Below are positions 59,458 through 64,000 of a stretch of 64,000 nt of DNA, piece by piece (position 1 is the first letter of the stretch; each line of letters starts with the position of its first letter). The stretch comes from Azolla caroliniana (Eukaryota; Plantae; Polypodiophyta). The notes beneath the pieces were generated by a model. The model did not search any database, was not told the DNA's origin, and was given only the letters and a program-made list of their open reading frames with translations. The stretch is from NCBI GenBank assembly GCA_043228905.1, contig JBHGNT010000009.1:5952001-6016000 (forward strand). The letters are read 5' to 3'. The translations under genes were made by a program, and so were the position numbers.

Positions 59458-61790
59458 TGTTGTCAGGAACGAGCGCGTAAGTATTGCTCGGTAACAACCG
59501 AGTCTCAAATCACTCTATGAAGGACCAAACACAGAAATGGGAAATAGGTATGATGAATGCACGTACACAAAACAACAATAGAGAACACATGATGTTTACG
59601 TGGAAAACCCTAATCGGGAAAAACCACGGGAGCCCACGGACTTCGAAATATCACTATATGAGAGGAAATACAAAGTGGAAACACAGAGGCAACGACCTCG
59701 TACTCGCAATCTTCGCCAAATGGCGGTTACAATAGAAAGTGCTCGTAGCTACTCTCTCACTCTCTCTCTCTCTCTACAACAATAATAACAACACCAACAC
59801 ACTATTCTGTGATTGCCCTAAGTCATATTTATACTCATATGAACTTAGGGCTATTTACAAATATAGCCTTAGTGGGCTTACTCTAACATATTTACAAATG
59901 TGTGCCATCCTCCGGTTCTCATCGGGTCCATCCGATCTGATTTCCAGATTCCATCCGGAGGGACCGAAATCCCAACAATCTCCTCCTTCACTCCGGCATG
60001 GGATGTCTCGTTAGCCCGATCTGCCTTTGGCACACGTCTAGGTTGTCGGTTGTCAGCACCTTGGTCAACATCCCGTTCTCCTCCATGTGAACCTTCATCA
60101 ACGCGAAGTCTTTGTTCTCTATTCTATCCTGGATCCAGTGGTACCTACACTGGATGTGCTTGGTCCAGGAATGGCAGGCCGCATTCTTCGCAAGGTGGAT
60201 GGCACTTTGATTGTCGTAGTAGAGCCGGTATTCCTCATGTCGGATCCCTAGCTCTTTGATTAAGTCCATCCAGATTACTTCCTTGCCGGCTTCCACAATT
60301 GCCATGTACTTTGCCTCCGTGGTTGACAACGCAAGCGTCTTCTGCAACCTCGATTGCCACGAAACAACTCCCCATGCATAAGACATGACATATCAAAATG
60401 TAGTTCGACTGGTATCCGCATCAGCCGATATATCTGAATCCGTGAATCCGTCAAGTTGGGGATTACCGAAGCCGAACCGGAGGCACATATTCGAGGTGCC
60501 TTTCAAATACCGGAGTAACCACTTGACCGCATTCCAATGCTCTCTTCCGGGATTGCTCATGAACCGGCGTACCACTCCGACTGCATATCCGATATCTGGC
60601 CGGGTACATACCATGCGTGCATCAAGCTTCCGATGGCAGAGGCATATGGTATCTTCGTCATATCCGTCTTCTCTGCCTTTGTCTTCGGGCTCTGCTTTCT
60701 GTACAACTTGCAGTTTGCTTGAAATGTCCATCCGACCGGTTTCACCTCCAACATGTTGAACCTTTGAAGCAACTTTGTCACGTACTTCTCCTGTGACAAC
60801 CACAACAACTTCTCCGACCGGTCCCAGATTATGTGCATCCCTAATATCTGTCTTGCCGGACCCAAATCTTTCATTGAGAAAGTCCGGTTTAGGGCCTTCT
60901 TCAGCATTCGTATCTTGACTTGGTCTCATCCGACGATCAACATGTCGTCCACGTACAAGAGCAATATTAGGAAATCTCCGCCGTCAAATTTCTTCACAAA
61001 CACGCAGTGATCGGCTTGCGTCTTGTGGTACCCTTGATCCATCATAAAGGAGTCAAACTTCTGGTACCATTGCCGGGGCGCTTGCTTCAATCCGTATGAG
61101 CTCTTCTTTAGCCGGCATACCAGGTGCTCCTTCCCTTTGCTCTCAAATCCTTCCGTTTGATGCATGTAGATCTCTTCCTCGAGGTCACCATGTAGGAATG
61201 TCATTTTGACGTCCAGTTGCTCTATCTCGAGGTCCATGCTTGCCGCTATGCTCAATACCGTCCGAATGGATGTCATCATTACTACTGGGGCAAAGATCTC
61301 ATCGAAATCCACACCTTTCTTCTGCTGGAAACCCTTCACCACGATCCGGGCCTTGTACCTCGGTGGATTTCCGGCGTCTCCCAGTTTCAGCTTGTACGCC
61401 CACTTATTCCTGAGTGCTCTCTTTCCTCTTGGCAGATCCGTCAATTCATATGTGTGGTTCTCATGCAGGGAATCTATCTCGTCCTGCATGGCACTTAACC
61501 ACTTGTGGTTGTGGGTGTCTTTCTTTGCTTCTTTGAAGCTTTTAGGCTCCCCCTGATCGGTCAACAATACGTGCTCTGCATCCGGAAATCTCCGGGGGAC
61601 TCTTCTTTCTCTAAGAGGGTATCTTCGTCCTTGGTTCCGGACTACCGGCTCCTCCGTTTGTTCCTCATCCTCATCCGATTCGAGATCTTGTTCGGTTCCG
61701 GTGTGTTCTTCTTCTTTGGTCGGTTCAGTTTCTTGTCCAAATCCGGCCGGTTCGTCGAGTGTGATCTGGTTACAGGCTAACATCCGGTTT
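59458..61790 (-). mobile_element. Truncated, frameshifted Copia related to 49970-55385: RT-RH plus 3' LTR (59458-59977)
   Basis: Near-collinear with the intact Copia (PPRYKARIVVKGF, LLYVDDML, RHPMPE), followed by the PPT and a TGTTGGGATTT LTR start. Confidence 0.88.
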
Positions 61791-61809
61791 TCAACCGGGT
61801 AAGTCCTTG

Positions 61810-63370
61810 TGTCCTCAAGTGTATGTTAGCGGTACTAAGGACCAAGGACTGTTATACCAACACGGTATAACCGAAAAACTAGTAGGATATACGGATGCCG
61901 ACTGGGCCGGAGATGCGTCGGATCGACGGTCCACTTCCGGATTCATGTTGTCTCTAGGTATCGCGGTCGTTGCGTGGAGCAGCAAAAAGTAGTTGACTAT
62001 GGCTCTTTCGAGCATTGAGGCTGAGTATCGGGGCACTACTGTAGCCACCTGTGAAGCCATATGGTTTCGGCGGTTGCTGCAAGACCTCTGGATCGAAGTA
62101 CCGACTCCGATCCCGATCTACTGTGACAACATGAGCAACATGTAGTTGGCCAAGAACCCTGTGTTCCATGCTCGGACGAAGCACATAGAAGTGCATTATC
62201 ACTTTGTGCGCGGGCGGGTGCTTAATGGTGGAGTAGAACTCCGGTATGTGTAGACGGATCGGTAGGTTGCCAACATCTTCACCAAGGTGCTCAGAACCGA
62301 CAATTTGCAGCATTTTTTGGAGATGCTTGGTCTTCAGCATCTCGACATGCCGCACTTGAGGTTGAGAAGGAGGAAATCAAAACAAATACCAGGAAAACAA
62401 TAGCCGAAGAGAAGGAATTAGCTGAAGCAAGGGTAAACAAGAAGAAAATGGAGCCGAGTCGACAGAAGATGTCGGCACATCCGAACAAGTTAGAACAAGT
62501 GGTGATGGCGATAGAGTCAAGAAGGATAGAGCCGACCGGAGGAAGAAGGCCAAGACCCGGACGTGGTCCAACGCAGTCCGACATGGTGATGGGCTTGAAG
62601 GTTGAAGACAAATTGGAGACAGCCAATTCGGACAAGAGCTGGAACGAATTGGAGGCACCCGATTCAAAAGAGGTGGTTGATTCAGAGGAGCCGGATCAAC
62701 TGAATAGCAAACGGACAAGGAGGCAACGGAAGTCGGCACCGACACGGAGGGACCGATGGGTCGACAAGCGTCGAAGTTGCAACAACGAAGGAGCTGAGAA
62801 GGGCCTTATGAGCAGACAAGCCGACCGAGAAAGTCGAGGTGCATGGGACCGAACGGGTCCAAGAGCACGAGCAAGGCAGGAAGATGCCTGGAGGAGCCGG
62901 AGAAAAGGACCAATGGAAACACATAGTGATCCGACCTCAAGTTGACCTTGACAGGAGTGTTGAGTGGGCCAGCTCAACCGGATCCGAATCGGTTGAATAA
63001 GCCAAGAGCCGAATCGGTATCCACAATGGAGAACCAGATAGGTGTACGGATATACTAGTATCCGGAACCTAGAACCAAACCAGAGAACTGGATCGTACTC
63101 CGGAATAGTGAGAACTGGTAGGCCGTTGGAGCCTACGGTTTGAGTCTAGTACATAGGCATATTCCTTGGAGTTAGTGTCAGTCGCTTGTATGAGCATTGA
63201 AGTACTTGTATAAAAAGTGTTCTATAGGACATTTGGATGTAAAGAGTGTTATTATTTTGAATTGAGTTTTATGCTATTCTACTCTCTCTGTCTCTCCCGT
63301 GTACTATGTACTCTTAATCTTCCATTAAACCTTCATTTTTGTTTTACTATTGTTATCTGGTTGAGTTGGT
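61810..63370 (+). mobile_element. Degenerate Copia RNase H region, 3' extension and LTR starting at 62958
   Basis: GYTDADWAGDASDRRSTSG and KNPVFHARTKHIEVHYH with stops. TGTTGAG follows a purine tract. The right boundary is approximate. Confidence 0.75.
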
Positions 63371-64000
63371 TTATCTAAGCTTCCGCATAATAATTTTTAC
63401 AAATTGCCGAAGCTTGTCAGCTCTTAGGGCTTTGGTGAAGATGTCGGTTGTTTGAAGATTCACGTTGATATGTTGAAGGTCGACATCTCCAGCTTGAATG
63501 CGCTCTCGGATGAAGTGATAACGCACCTCGATATCCTTCGTGAGTGCGTGGAACACCGGGTTCCTAGCCAGATAAATATTGTTCATGTTGTCGCAGTAAA
63601 TGGGAGTCAAATCCTTGATGGGAATGCCCAAATCCTTTAAAATCCTCTTGAGCCATATGGTTTCACATGCAGCCACAACCGCACCCCTTTATTTGGCCTC
63701 TGCGCTCGAAAGTGCAACAAGTAACAACTTCTTGCTACTCTAGGATATTGCTCTGCTAACGAGGGAGAAAACAAATTTGGAGGTTGATCTTCTATAATCC
63801 TTATAGTAAGCCCAATCAGCATCCATGTACCCCTCAAGTTGAATTGGTGTGGCCAATTTGTAGAGAATGTCAAAATCCATTGTGCCGTGCACATATTGTA
63901 ACACTCTCTTAGCGCAATCTAATTGGCTATGGAGACCGACCGGGTAGCTGAGGTCGAGTCGAGTGATCCTGAGATAGATGAGGCTCCTGATCAATTGTCA
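63371..64000 (-). mobile_element. Degenerate Copia RT-end/RNase H fragment
   Basis: GYMDADWA...RRSTS, IYCDNM...NPVFHALTKDIEVRYHFIRE, DIFTKAL. Confidence 0.85.

Noticed and set aside
57670-62530. Inverted homologous Copia fragments as terminal inverted repeats
   Set aside because: Both are diverged RNase H remnants of one family in opposite orientation within a nest, with no TSD.

Overview
Eukaryotic land-plant DNA, most likely a seed-free plant (inferred from the TE lineages and gene style). Two ordinary host genes lie in the middle: fibrillin FBN1/PAP (+) and a CBP/p300-type histone acetyltransferase HAC (-). Nested transposons flank them. The main discovery is at 1-13.5 kb. A candidate DNA transposon carries an intact Sola1-like DDE transposase (+). 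Divergent from it is an intact six-exon gene (-) that fuses a ParB/Srx-like domain to a bacterial-type beta-class amino-DNA methyltransferase (DIPY ... DLFSGTGTT). Intron 1 of that gene holds an array of about 10 CpG/TCGA-rich palindromes. The same intron holds a young non-autonomous Gypsy-type LTR element that is almost free of CAG/CTG. A related near-autonomous Gypsy element (40748-47852) has a -1 frameshift signal with a predicted pseudoknot between protease and RT. This lineage makes 4-bp CpG-centred target duplications. The right third is a Copia/Gypsy/LINE nest with a 100-N gap and leftover library adapter sequence. All coordinates, splice models and counts were derived by eye.
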